NCBI RefSeq assembly: GCF_009914755.1
Contig: NC_060928.1
Length of the DNA: 64,000 nt
Origin: the human T2T-CHM13v2.0 reference genome, Homo sapiens
Direction: 5' to 3' (one strand)
Part shown: positions 1 to 13,490 of the stretch, piece after piece
Layout: each line of letters starts with the position of its first letter
How positions within the stretch are numbered: position 1 is the first letter of the stretch
Position numbers and translations under genes: made by a program
Notes under the pieces: model-generated
The model's input: the letters and a program-made list of their open reading frames with translations, nothing else
Database searches by the model: none
Told to the model about the DNA's origin: nothing

Positions 1-682
1 CTTTGGAAAGTTTTTTGTATTTCTTTGAATAAGCTTTCTACCCCTTTGTCTTTCTCAGTTTTTTTCTTTCATTTCAGTAACCTGAATATTTGTTCTTTTG
101 ATGTTGTCTCATAGCTCCCATAAACCGTTCATTTCTTTTCATTCCTTTTGCTTTTTTCTCCTCTGACTGTGTATTTTCAAATAGTTGGGCTTCAAGCTCA
201 CTGATTCTTTCTTCCTTTTCATCAGTCCTGCTGTTGATATTCTCTATTCCATTTTTCATTTTGCTCATTGTATTTTCCAGCTCCACAATTTTTGTTTGAT
301 TTTGTTTATGATTTCAGTATCTCTGTTAAATTTCCCTAATACATTTCTGAATCGATTCCGTCTGTTTTCTTGAAGTTCATTGAGCTCTCTTAAAACAGGT
401 ATTTTGAATTCCTTGTCTGAAAGGTCACATATCTCTATCACTTTAGGGTTGGCCTCTGGTGCCTCATGTCCATTTGTTGAGATCATATTACCCAGAATCT
501 TCTTGATGCTTGTGAAATTGCAGGCTGTCTGTGCATTGAGGGATTAAGTATTTATTTTACTCTTCACAGTCTTCCTTTGTTTGTGCCTGTCCTTCTTTAG
601 AGACCTTCCAAGAATTCTAAGCCAACTGAGTATTGTGTTTCCTGAGCCTGTGACCACTTCAGCTATCTAAACACTAGGAGAC

Positions 683-1229
683 TGTATTAGGGTTCTCCAG
701 AGGGACAGAACTAATAGGATTATGTGTATATGAAAAGGAGTTTATTAAGGAGAATTGACTCACATGATCACAAGTGAAAATCCCACAGTTGGCCATCTAT
801 AAGCTGAGGAGCAATGAAACCAGTAGTGGCTCAGTTCAAGTCCCAAAGCCTCTAAGGTAGGGAAGCTGACAGTGTAGCCTTCAGTCTGTGGCTGAAGGCC
901 TGAGAGCCAATGGCAAACCACTGGTGTAGGTCTGAGAGTCCAAAGGGTGAAGAATCTGGAGTTTGATATTCAAGGGCAGGAAGCATCCAGCACAGATGAA
1001 AGCCAGAAGACTCAGCAAGCCGGCTTATTTCATCTTCTTCCACCTGCTTTTTCTAGCCACACTGGCAGCAGATTGGATGGTACCCACCCAAACTGAGGGT
1101 GGGGCTTTGTCGCCCAGTCCACTGACCCAAGTGTTAATCTCCTCCGGCAACATCCTCATAGACCCAACCAGAAACAATATTTTGCATCCTTCAGTCCAAT
1201 CAAGTTGACAATTAATATTTACCATCACA
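683..1229 (-). mobile_element. MLT2 (ERVL) solo LTR
   Basis: TG..CA termini, MLT2-like gggttctccagagggacagaactaatagg, perfect 5-bp TSD GAGAC (678-682, 1230-1234). Confidence 0.85.
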
Positions 1230-1384
1230 GAGACTCTCTGAGCCCAGGCTTGCCACAAATCTCACAGGATCTCTTTGGTTGATATGGCTTTCTGGCCCAG
1301 ATGGACCTGGGGTAGACCCAAGGCAGATACTCCGGCTGCGTGGAAATGCTGGCCAGGGATCTGAGTCCAGAAGACTGTCCCAAT

Positions 1385-1905
1385 CACCCAGATGAGTGTG
1401 CCTTTCAGCATATTTCTGCACAGGCAGGATGGGCTGCTAACTGCAGTGAGAGGGCCTGGAGTTGAGACTGGGCTGCGTTGGGATCTGCTGTGTGAAGGAG
1501 ACTGGCCCCGACTTATTTGCTCATATCAGCATGCATCACTCAGCTGGTCATTGCAAAAGTGCTTGACTGTAACAGGGCGGTCTGGTACTGAGACTGGGCT
1601 CCCTTGGAATCTGCTGTGGGATGGAGGTTGGTGTTCTTGTCACATTGGCTCAGATGGGCATGTGTCTCCCAGCAGGTCCGTACATAGATGGGATAGCTCC
1701 CAGACTGCAGCAGGAGGGGCTGGAGCTAAGACTGGGCCCCCTTGGACTCTGCTGTAGGGACGGATTTGGAAAGCTTGTCTTGTTGGCTCAGAGTGGCATG
1801 CATCTCCCAGCAGGTCTCAGCACAGATAGGATAGTTCCTCTACTGCACTGGGCGGGGCTTAGACTGGGTCTCCTCAGGATATGTTGTGGGATAGAGGCTG
1901 GTGAG
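1385..1905. repeat. Degenerate tandem array (~126-138 bp period, ~4 units) in the L1 5'UTR
   Basis: Anchor (g/a/t)AGACTGGG at 1464, 1590, 1728 and 1860, with shared ctcccagcaggtc and ctgctgt blocks. Confidence 0.7.
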
Positions 1906-2477
1906 CATGTCGGGGAGGATCAGAGTCCCAGGCCATGAGATTTGTGTGAATCTCCCCCTGGTTTCTTGTGTAAGCAACTATAAGCTGGGACCTCAGCTAG
2001 GGAGGCCTGGAGCAGTGTCACAGTTCAACTTCCAGGTTCACTACTGAGACCAGTTATCAGTGGGCTGATGAGCTTTTCTGCCAAGGCATTAGTGTGCATG
2101 ATTTCTCTGAACCCTTTGGCAGATGATTTTGGTTGCAGGCTCAAGGTCAAATGGGGCTATAGTCAAGCCCCTTGAGAGACAGGGCTACTTCTGGGCTTGA
2201 ATGCAAAAGCAAGCTCAGTGGAGCAGATCAGTCACTTGGGTGTTAGTGTACCCTCTCAAAGTGACCCTCCTGTGTCTTAGGGTTTCACAATTGTGGATGG
2301 ATGGATAATTCTTTTTATTGTGGGCATATATGAGCAGGTTACCTTCTATTTCGCCATCTTGGTGGTGTCACTCTATGAACTACATACTTAAGAGAAATTG
2401 CTACACAGAATATATTGAGCATCCTTTTTTTTTTTATGAATTAAGTCATTATCGTGAACATCAAAAATAGTAATGTT

Positions 2478-2747
<270 letters not shown>

Positions 2748-3677
2748 TCAAATTTGAATTATTCTACACCCCACTCTCATCTTCACATTTTGCTATCCAC
2801 AACACATTAATTTTATATTTTTAATTGTTTTTGTGGCTATCTTCTCATTTCCATTGCACTCCTTTGCCTTAAACTTGTTCCTCATTATTTTTCCCCTTTA
2901 CTATTCTAAGCATTTTATAACTGTTCTCTCGACTTCTGGACTCTTAATATTCCTCCTAAACATCGTTTATACTGTGGCCAGAATCATCTTTCATTAATAC
3001 CTCTGTTATCACTTAACTTTCATAAAACCCTTCCTATTGCTTACACGATAAAATCTGAACCCCTGCCTCCCACTTTAAGTAGCTTTATTGATTGCCACAA
3101 TCTCCCTGCACCCTATGATTCACGTGTAGTAAATTCTTATATCAGTTCTGTTCAAGTGTATTCATTGTATGTAATTTAAAAGTCAATGAACTCAGCGTAA
3201 AGACCTTAAGAGCTCTTCTACAACAAAGTTCATATAGTAACATCTATTTTGGCTCATCAGAGACCTTTTTGATTTCTTCCTGGGTCTTGATGTATTTCAT
3301 ATTTTTGAGGATGTGAAATAAATCAACTGAGGACTAACCTGAAATGTTACTTTCTCTAGGAACATTTCTTGACTCTAAGGAGTTTCTTCTGTATGTTTTG
3401 ATGGTACCTGTGCATTGCTCTATCATAGTACTTGTCATACAGTATGCTAATTTTCCTTGTAATATGGTGTTTTATATGAAGCCAAATACTGCCCATACCA
3501 GTTTGGGATTAGTTAACATTCTGCTAGGGTTTGCCTTTGTGTTTCAGTCAGTCAGATTTTTAAAAATTAATATAAATTGTTTAGGAAATACTTAAGTCAG
3601 TGTCTTGTTACATCCTCGGAATTGGCTGGACCCGTGATCTGCATGGAATAGAATATGAATCTTGTTCAAAGTAAGGG

Positions 3678-3752
3678 GTGTGTGTATGTGTTTGTGCATG
3701 CATGCATGCTCGTGCGCACACACAGAGAGAGGGAGAGAGAGACACACACACA
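3678..3752. repeat. Compound TG/CA/GA microsatellite
   Basis: Dinucleotide runs seen directly. Confidence 0.8.
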
Positions 3753-4392
3753 TGTCTCTTGTTCTTCGGGATGTATGAGGAACTGTGTCAGAATAGCCAG
3801 ATGCTCGGAGAAACATCCCCACAACTGAGGTCATCTATCATTATGGGACAATTTAATTCATAACTTCTTGTGGTGACTGTTTATCTTAAGAGAGTAGATA
3901 TGTATGTGGTAAAAAAGAAAGTCTGCTGTGTTTCTTACAATATTTGATATTCTAGGTACTTGAGAAATAAGAAATATTAAAGTTCAGAAATATTAATGTC
4001 AAAAAATGTGCATCTTCAGATCTGGTAAGTAGACCTGCTTAGAGCTAGCCAGTGGTTAGGCCTGAGAAATGGCTGTTCCATCTTCTGTGCCTAGCACCAC
4101 ATCTGATATAGTGTAAAAATGTGGATAGAGTTATAGACAGATGATGAATAAGTTGTTAAAATATTATGATTAGTCACAGCCTTTCCTTTGTATTGATGTG
4201 TGGTTTTTGGAATGTAGAATGGCTTTAACTTTTAAGGCACAAATAACAAACAGAGAAAATAAGCATGCTAAAGGGATTAATAAGCAGATTTTGTTTATTT
4301 TCTCTTTTGTGTATATTTTTTCTACTTCATTGGAAGAAATATACATGATTGCATTTATAAAGACACTGAACAGTTGTTTTCTTTTCATGCAG

Positions 4393-4446
4393 GGGCCTGA
4401 ATTAATGAATAAATATGTTGGTGAATCTGAAAGAGCAGTTAGAGAG
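4393..4446 (+). CDS. AFG2A: Internal coding exon (54 nt, phase 0/0) of AAA+ ATPase AFG2A/SPATA5, D2 pore-loop region GPELMNKYVGESERAVRE
   Basis: Acceptor cttttcatgcAG and donor GAG|GTAAGA. KYVGESE is the CDC48/AFG2-family pore loop. In frame with the next two exons. Confidence 0.95.
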
Positions 4447-4737
4447 GTAAGAAATTGTGCCTTTAGTGGCACTCAGCACAGGAGAATCACACTTCTGTCC
4501 TGTGCAGCTTCCCTTTTGTTTTAGGTAACAGACTTTGGCATTTCCGAAGTCAGATCTTAGTGGTATTTTTTTTTCTTCAGGTAAATATTATTTTATTATT
4601 TAAAAATGCAGTTTTGATCATCTGCAATACTTCAGTTTTGTTTTTAAACATCATATTACCAGCCCTTTTAAAACTATCATTTTTTCTGATAATAATAGCC
4701 AGCATTTCTGTTAAAATAGTTAATGCTGTCACTAATA

Positions 4738-4975
4738 GTTAATAATACCTATCATTTATTGAGCTCTTACTGTTTCAGGCATTGTGCCAAATGCTTTGTG
4801 TTCTTTTTAAAATTCAATTATTAAAATAACTTTCTGAGGTAGGTGTTTATTATCTCCATTTTATAGATGTAGAAATCGAGGCTTACAGAAGTGAAGTTAA
4901 CTGCTGAAAGTCACACAGTTACTAGTAGTGCAGCTGGGATTTTAACTGAAATTTTCTGATTGCTTAACTGAATTG
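4738..4975 (-). mobile_element. MIR SINE
   Basis: atttattgagctcttac...ctccattttatagatgtagaaatcgaggc core. Confidence 0.75.
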
Positions 4976-5190
4976 CCTCCTTCACACCTATGTGAATATG
5001 TATTGATAGTCTTGTCTCTTTAAGCACTATTGAAGGGGATACTTTTACATCCATTATAAAGTTCTGAACATCTATTACAAGGTCTATACAAAGTGACTGG
5101 GCTTGTTGACTTGTACCTAATAGGTTTGGTTCTAAATATAGTTTTAAAACAAACCAACTACAGAATTTTCTAGTGTTTGCTCATCTTTAG

Positions 5191-5295
<105 letters not shown>

Positions 5296-6332
5296 TAAGA
5301 AGTATTTAATAGCACTGCTATTACATAATAATATGATGTTACATAATAATAGCAATTATGGTATAAATAGCATTTTGTATACAACTTTTATCTATTAATA
5401 CATTTGGCCTAAAAAAGTTTTCAGTTTTTGTAATTTTTTCCTCTTATACCCATTAAATTATTTCATGTAATTACTGTATAGTACTTTTATCTATATTGGA
5501 TAAAAACCACTGATACCTGTCTGGGCATTTGAGTTAATTTTTATAGTTTATATCAACACATACTTCTTAGTATTGTCTATCAAAATTAGGGTTATTGTAA
5601 ACATATAATTAAAACTGTAAACAAAACTGGATTAATCATAATTACTTCTTGTAGTAGAACAAAATTATAAAATACGTTACACAGATTTTAAAATTCTCTG
5701 GAATAAATGTTTCCTAAAGTAAAATTAAATAGAATATAAATTAGTATTAATAGTTTTGCTCCAAAATCTCAGGCAGTAAAGAGGATTATCTATGATGTCA
5801 TTTCAAACAAATATATATACACACACACACACACACATCAGAACTGTTCATAAGTATGTTTTTTTCCTCTACAAATGTATAGCGGTCCTTTAATATGTTC
5901 TACAAGTGGTTCATGTTGGGTAATGTAAATTCATGTACTTTGTGCATAGCTTCTTGATGTGTATATTGATTATAAAATTTTTGCTGGTGGTAATTACAGT
6001 GAAGGGTGAAGACAACTTACAGGTGTCAGTAGTAAGTGTGATATGAAACATTGCTGTTATCATCCTTCTTAATTAGAGCTGCCTCATGTGATGAGAGTAT
6101 AAATTGTCATTAGGAACCTATCATTAGGAGGTAGACTGCTATATTAGTCCATTTTCGTGCTGCTGATAAAGACATACTCGAGACTGGGTAATTTATAAAG
6201 AAAAAGAGGTTTAATGGACTCACAGTTCCACGTGGCTAGGAGACCTCACAATCATGGTGGAAGGCGAAAGACATCTCTTAGGTGGTGACAGGCAAGAGAG
6301 AATGAGAGCCAAGTGAAAGGGGAAACCCCTTA

Positions 6333-6654
<322 letters not shown>

Positions 6655-7124
6655 TCAGATCTCGTGAGACTGATTCACTACCATGAAAACAGTATGGGGG
6701 AAACCACCCCCATGATTCAGTTAATCTCCCACTGGGTCCCTCCCACAACGTGGGAATTATGGGGGCTACAATTCAAGATGAGATTTGGGTGGAGACACAG
6801 CCAAACCATATCATTCCGCCCCTGGCCCCTCCAAATCTCATGTCTTCACATTTCAGAATCATTCATGCCTTCTCAACAGTCCCTCAAAGTCTTAACTCAT
6901 TTCAGCATTAACTCAAAAGTCCACAGACCAAAGTCTCATCTGAGACAAGTCAAGTCCCTTCCACCTATGAGCCTATAAAATCAAAAGCAAATTTGTTACT
7001 TCCTAGGTACTATGGGGGTACAGGCATTGGATAAATACACCCGTTCCAAATGGGAGAAATTGGTCAAAATTAAAGGGCTAAAGGCCCCATGCAAGTCCAA
7101 AATCCAGCAGGGCAGTCAAATCTT

Positions 7125-8035
7125 TTTTTTTTCTTTTCTTTTTTATTTTATTTTATTTTATTTTATTTTATTTTATTATTATTATACTTTAAGTTTTAGG
7201 GTACATGTGCACAATGTGCAGGTTAGTTACATATGTATACATATGCCATACTGGTGTGCTGCACCCATTAACTCGTCATTTAGCATTAGGTATATCTCCT
7301 AAAGCCATCCCTCCCCCCTCCCCCGACCCCACAACAGTCCCCCGAGTGTGATGTTCCCCTTCCGGTGTCCATGTGTTCTCATTGTTCAATTCCCACCTAT
7401 GAGTGAGAATATGCAGTGTTTGGTTTTTTGTTCTTGAGATAGTTTACTGAGAATGATGATTTCCAATTTCATCCATGTCCCTACAAAGGACATGAACTCA
7501 TCATTTTTTATGGCTGCATAGTATTCCATGGTGTATCTGTGCCACATTTTCTTAATCCTGTCTATCATTGTTGGACATTTGGGTTGGTTCCAAGTCTTTG
7601 CTATTGTGAATAGTGCCACAATAAACATACGTGTGCATGTGTCTTTATAGCAGCATGATTTATAGTCCTTTGAGTATATACCCAGTAATGGGATGGCTGG
7701 GTCAAATGGTATTTCTAGTTCTAGATCCCTGAGGAATCGCCACACTGACTTCCACAATGGTTGAACTAGTTTACAGTCCCACCAACAGTGTAAAAGTGTT
7801 CCTATTTCTCCACATCCTCTCCAGCACCTGTTGTTTCCTGACTTTTTAATGATCGCCATTCTAACTGGTGTGAGATGGTATTTCATTGTGGTTTTGATTT
7901 GCATTTCTCTGATGGCCAGTGATGGTGAGCATTTTTTCATGTGTTTTTTGGCTGCATAAATGTCTTTTTTTGAGAAGTGTCTGTTCATGTCCTTTGCCCA
8001 CTTTTTGATGGGGTTGTTTGTTTTTTTCTTGTAAA
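7125..8035 (-). mobile_element. 5'-truncated young L1 (L1PA3-like) with ORF2 C-terminus and 3'UTR, inserted in THE1-int
   Basis: ORF 7386-7988 is the ORF2p C-terminus ([18 protein letters not shown]). The 3'UTR has GAG, not the Ta ACA. TSD AGTCAAATCTT (7114-7124, 8039-8049); minus-strand nick site TT/AAGA. Confidence 0.92.
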
Positions 8036-10215
8036 GATAGTCAAATCTTAAAGCTTCAAAATGATCTCCTTTGATCCATGCCTCACATCCAGGTCACACT
8101 GATGCAAGAGAGGGGTTCCCATGGTCTTGGGCAGCTCTGCCTCTGTAGCTTGGCAGGGTACAGCCTCCCTCTGGCTGCTTTCACAGGCTGGTGTTGAGTA
8201 TCTGCAGCAACATGGTGCCACAGGCACATGGTGCAAGCTGTCAGTAACCTACCATTCTAGGGTGTGGAGGATCGTGGCTCTTTTCTCACAGCTCCACTAG
8301 GTGGTGCCCCAGTGGGGACTCTGTGTGGGAGCTCCAACCCCACATTTCCCTTCCACTCTGTCCTAGCAGAGGTTCTCATAAGGGCCCTGCCCCTGCAGCA
8401 CACCTCTGCCTGAACATCCAGGGATTTCCAACATCTTCTGAAATCTAGGCGGAAGTTCCCAAACCTCAATTCTCGACTTCTGCACAACCGCAGGCTCAAC
8501 TCCATGTGGAAGCTGCCAAGGCTTGGGGCTTGCACCGTCTGAAGCCATGGCCCAAGCTGTACCTTGACCCCTTTTAGCCATGCCTGGAGCGGCTGGGATG
8601 CAGGGCACCAAGTCCTGAGGATGCACTCAGCAGTGGCAGGGGGGGCCCTGGACCTGGCCCAGAAAACCATTTTTCCCTCCTAGGTTTGCAGGCCTGTGAT
8701 GGGAGGGGCTGCAGGGAAGGTCTCTGATCTTCCCTGGAGACATTTTCCCCATTGTCTTGGCATTAGCATTTGGTTCCTTGTTACTTAAGCAAATTACTGC
8801 AGCTGGCTTGAATTTCTCCCCGGGAAATGAGTTTTTCTTTTCTACTGTATCTTCAGGCTACAAAATTCCAAACTTTTATGCCTTGTCACATCTTGACTGC
8901 TTTGCTGCTTAGAAATTTCTTCCACCAGATATCCCAAATAATCTCTCTCATGTTCAAAGTTCTACAGATCTCTAGGGCAGGGACAAAATGCCACCAGTCT
9001 CTTTGTATAGCAAGAGTAACATTTACTCCAGTTTCCAACATGTTCCTCATTTTCATCTGAGACCACCTCAGCCTGGATTTTATTGTTCCATATTGCTGTC
9101 AGCATTTTGGTCAAAGCCACTTAACACGTCTCTAGGAAGTTCCAAATTTTCCCACATCTTCCTGTCTTCTGAGCCCTCCAAGTCTCTAGGAAGTTCCAAA
9201 CTTTCCCACATTTTCCTGTTTTCTTCTGAGCCCTCCAAACTGTACCAACCTTCACCTGTTACTCAGTTCTAAAGTTGCTTCCACATTTTCAGGTATCTTT
9301 ACAGCAGCACCCCACTCTACCGTTACCAGTTTACTGGATTAGTCCATTTTTATACTACTATGAAGAAATACCCAAGACTGGATAATTTATAAAGAAAAAG
9401 AGGTTTAATGAACTCATTAGTTCCACATCGCTGGGGAGCCTCACAATCATGGAGGAAGGTGAAGGAGGAACAAAGGCATGTCTTACGTGGTGGCAGGCAA
9501 GAGAGCTTGTGCAGGGCAACTCCCCTTTATAAAATCATTAGATCTTGTGATGCTTATTCACTACCACAATAACAGTGTGGGGGAAACCACCTCCATGATT
9601 CGATTACCTCCACCTGGCCCTGCCCTTGACACATGGGGATTATTACAATTCAAGGTGAGACTTGGTTGGAGACACAGTCAAACCATACCAGCTGCCCTGC
9701 TTTCCACCCCCCTCACATTTGGTATTCCATGAATACTTACCAGTCTTTTTGCTTTGTGAAGTGAAGCACTCAAGCCCTTTTATTACTTACGTTTTAAGAT
9801 GGCACAGAGTGTTACAAAACTCAGGTTTACCTAACTACAAGAGAAGAAAAGCCAGAGAATTTTGCTGAAGTAGTGTGACCTTCCACAGTTATGTGACATC
9901 AGAGACATCTGGTTTTGGACCCTAAAAAGGAACAGGTGGGAGGGATATCCTGTTAAATATGAACCAGATGGGAGGTAGAATATGTAGCAAAGTTCTCTTA
10001 AAATGTCTCTGAAATAAAGTGATGTGAGAAACCAGACAAGGCACTTTGTAGTAATATCTTGCTTTCTTAGGAGTTTAGCTCAGTAGGAATTACCAGATAC
10101 ATAAGAGATGCTAATGATTTGCAGCTTCTAGATGTTATTTCCTCTGGTAGTCTTCATCAAATTGAACTTTTCAGAGAACACATGTGTTTAGTGTATACCT
10201 CCCTCTCTCAATGGC

Positions 10216-10842
10216 TCGTCATGTGTTACTTAATGAAGGGAGGCAGTTTACATACTGAGAAATTCAGTCATTAGTCAATTTCATTGTTATGTAAACATCA
10301 TAGAGTATACTTACTTATAAACCTGGATGATGTAGCCTTCTACACTATATACCATATGGCCTATTGCTAGATAGTATAACAATCATCTGCAGTACTTTGA
10401 TTTTGTTTTCAAACATCATATTACCAGCCTTTATTTTTATGAAATAAAGATTTTTTTTAAAACTATCATTTTTTTCTGATAATAATGGCCAGTATTTCTG
10501 TTAACATAGTCAATGTTGTTACTGTTACTTAATCATACCTATCAATTATTGAGCTCTTACTATGTAAGATATATATAGCAATAAGCCATATGGTATAGCA
10601 ATAAGTCATATGGTATAGCAATAGGCTATATTACCTATACCAGGTAGCCTGGTCCTAGGCTACTAACTTATACAGCATGTTATTGTACTGAATACCATTG
10701 TAGGTAGTGGTAACAAAATGCTTAGATTTGTGTATATAAACATACAAAAGTTAGAGTAAAAAGACAGTGCTGTGATCTTATGGTACCAGCTTCATATATG
10801 TGATTGCCATTGACCCAAACTTCATTATGTGGCACATGACTG
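10216..10842 (-). mobile_element. Tigger3a-like non-autonomous DNA transposon interrupted by a ~300-bp complex insertion
   Basis: gtcatg...catgactg-TA termini; consensus-like catcatagagtatacttac and cctaggctac..cagcatgttattgtactgaatac. Confidence 0.8.
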
Positions 10843-11479
10843 TAGAAATAAATTCTATGCAATTTGTTTTGTACAGAAACATTTCTGGTCATAATTTATC
10901 AAGTTAGTTGGCATTTCGGAAAGCAAAGATGAAGTTCCATTCAAGGAAATAGAGTGCTGATGGGTCCCAATTAAAGAGTTTTGGTTGTACTCTATTTGCA
11001 CTGAATCTTATGTAGTTTGTTTTTTGTAACCATAAAACTCTCATAAAGTGACTTTCTGTTTTCAGGTCTTCGTCTTTTTTTCCTAATTATATGATGGATC
11101 AGTATTGCCTATAAGTGATTGTTTTATCTAATTAGTTTGCTGTTACTTGAAATCTAAAACAAAAGGTATTTTGTTCATTTTTTTGTTCTTTGGCTATTTG
11201 AATTGAACACAATGGAAACTGATAAAGAACTACTGATAGATATACCAGAAGTATAAAATTCCCAAGATACTAAACTAATTTTATGCATTGTTAAACTACT
11301 CATGGAATAGGAAAACAGAGAAAAATTTCATAAATTAGGAGGCATTTCTATGTAATATTAGGCTGTAAACAGTCACTGATTTAATTCATCCAAAGCTATC
11401 ATCTGTTTTCTATGATAACATTCAGATCAAATCATATAATTAGTCCCAAAGTGACAATGCATAAAGAAGAATGTTTCTG

Positions 11480-11835
<356 letters not shown>

Positions 11836-12939
11836 TCATGATATTTGCTAGTCTTTACTGTCTTGCTCATGCTAAATCAAATTATTTTGACTACTTAAAA
11901 TTACTGAAAAGATAAGACATGGTAATTAGCCATGAAGCAGAGGATTGCAGCCAGCACATTGTAAGTAGAGCATAGATATACTATTTGCTTGTTAGTCATT
12001 GAAGTCTTTGTATTTCAAAAAAATCGTATATTTCGTGCTTATGAAAGTATCTAATTATAACCAATATTTTATCTCTTCTTTGCCCTGTTTAATAGATTCT
12101 TTGGGACTTGAAGAATAAATAAGCCTGATATTTACTTCTCTTCTGTGTGTTCATTTAAATTACGGCACCTTTGAATAAGAATTTTTGTCATATTTTATAT
12201 TGTAAGAGGAAATGCTGCATGATTCTTTTTTCAAAGTATTTTACTACATTTGGGAAAATTAAAAATGCTGTTAAGGGTAACATAGCTCTTTGGAAAATGG
12301 ATAATATGATAGGGAGTGAGACGTTGAGGGAGGAAGGGGAGTTGAATTATACTGGGCTAATAATAATATTAGATAACATTCCTTTAGTGCTTATTACATA
12401 CTAGAAACTACTTACATTGCTTTACAGTAAAGAAAAACTCACAGAAAGGTCCCTGCATTAATGCAAAGTAGGATATTATACAATTGGCAGTTGACTCTAG
12501 TACTTTGTCTTACCTCCTGACTAGCTTACATTTTTACCTTTTTCAAGGTTATGATGTGGTGAGTAGAGCAAACTGGGCAGTAAATTATTAGTCAACCTTG
12601 TCTTAGGCAACAATCCTGTCATCAAAAGTGCAGACATGTAGGGTTGGCCCAGTCTCCTCTGACTGACGAAATGAGTACTGACTAACCTGTAGATTTCCCA
12701 TAACAACTTCTATTGTCCAGGACATTTCATAGGATCCTAAGATCCTGAATCATACTCCTTAGCTGACAGTGATTACTTAGTAGTGCCAAACTTCAAGTAG
12801 GACTAGAACAGATTTGGAACTAGGAACATATTCCTGAAACTTAGGGTCATTAGCTAGAGAGGCTCATCTTTTTTACTTAACTTCCAAGTAATGTGACTCC
12901 TTTTGTTTGGACCCCACTTAGTGTATTAACTCCTAATCG

Positions 12940-13490
12940 TTGTGTTTAGGTGCTATTCTCATCTTCCTTTCACAGGTGAGAAAACGGGGCTGTAGACACC
13001 TAAGTACCTACTCAAGGGCATGCATCACTAATAACAGAGCTTGTATTTGAATTTAGATATATTGACTATAGAGCAGATACCCTGAGCCACTTTTTTGTTC
13101 AACTACGGTACCACATAGCCCAGGATTCCAGGTGTAGGTAGTTAACTAACCTTTCAAGCTTGTTTATCTTGCATTTTCTCTGTGACTTACATTATAATGT
13201 TTATCTTGCATTTTCTCTGTGACTTACATTATAATGATTCTGTTCATCTAACTGAGCTGTTGTAAGTCTCCTTTGAAAGCATTCATTCATTCAGTAAGCA
13301 TTTATTGAACATTCTCCAATAGGCTTTGCGTTGGGGATAAAACAGTGAACAGAACCTAGGACAGGTTCCTTAACCTCTCTAAGCCTTAGTTTCTTCATCT
13401 GTAAAGTGGAGTTAATAATAGTAAATTCTAGGTTTTTGGAAGTAAATACATTTATAGCGCTTAACATAATACCTGGTATTTAATAACTAC
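12940..13490. mobile_element. Cluster of MIR and L2 fragments
   Basis: MIR cores (cacaggtgagaaaacgggg; ttcttcatctgtaaagtgg) and an L2 tail cattcattcattc. Confidence 0.6.
13161..13236. repeat. Perfect 37-bp tandem duplication
   Basis: TGTTTATCTTGCATTTTCTCTGTGACTTACATTATAA at 13161-13197 and 13198-13234. Confidence 0.95.

Larger units (their letters stand above)
1..2373 (-). mobile_element. 5' portion of an old L1 (L1M/L1MA-type): 5' end, 5'UTR and degraded ORF1, interrupted by an MLT2 LTR
   Basis: Minus-strand ORF1p-like peptides (INSRTDEKEERISELE; DLSDKEFKI..LRELNELQEN). The minus strand from 2373 reads GAGTGACACCACCAAGATGGCGAAATAG, a typical L1 5' end with a YY1 core. Confidence 0.8.

Noticed and set aside
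4198-4524. 108-aa ORF containing GPELMNKYVGESE as a standalone gene
   Set aside because: Only 4393-4446 is AAA-like and it is bounded by splice sites; the rest is intron read-through.
7386-7988. 200-aa ORF as a novel gene
   Set aside because: It is the L1 ORF2p C-terminus within a truncated L1 with TSDs.
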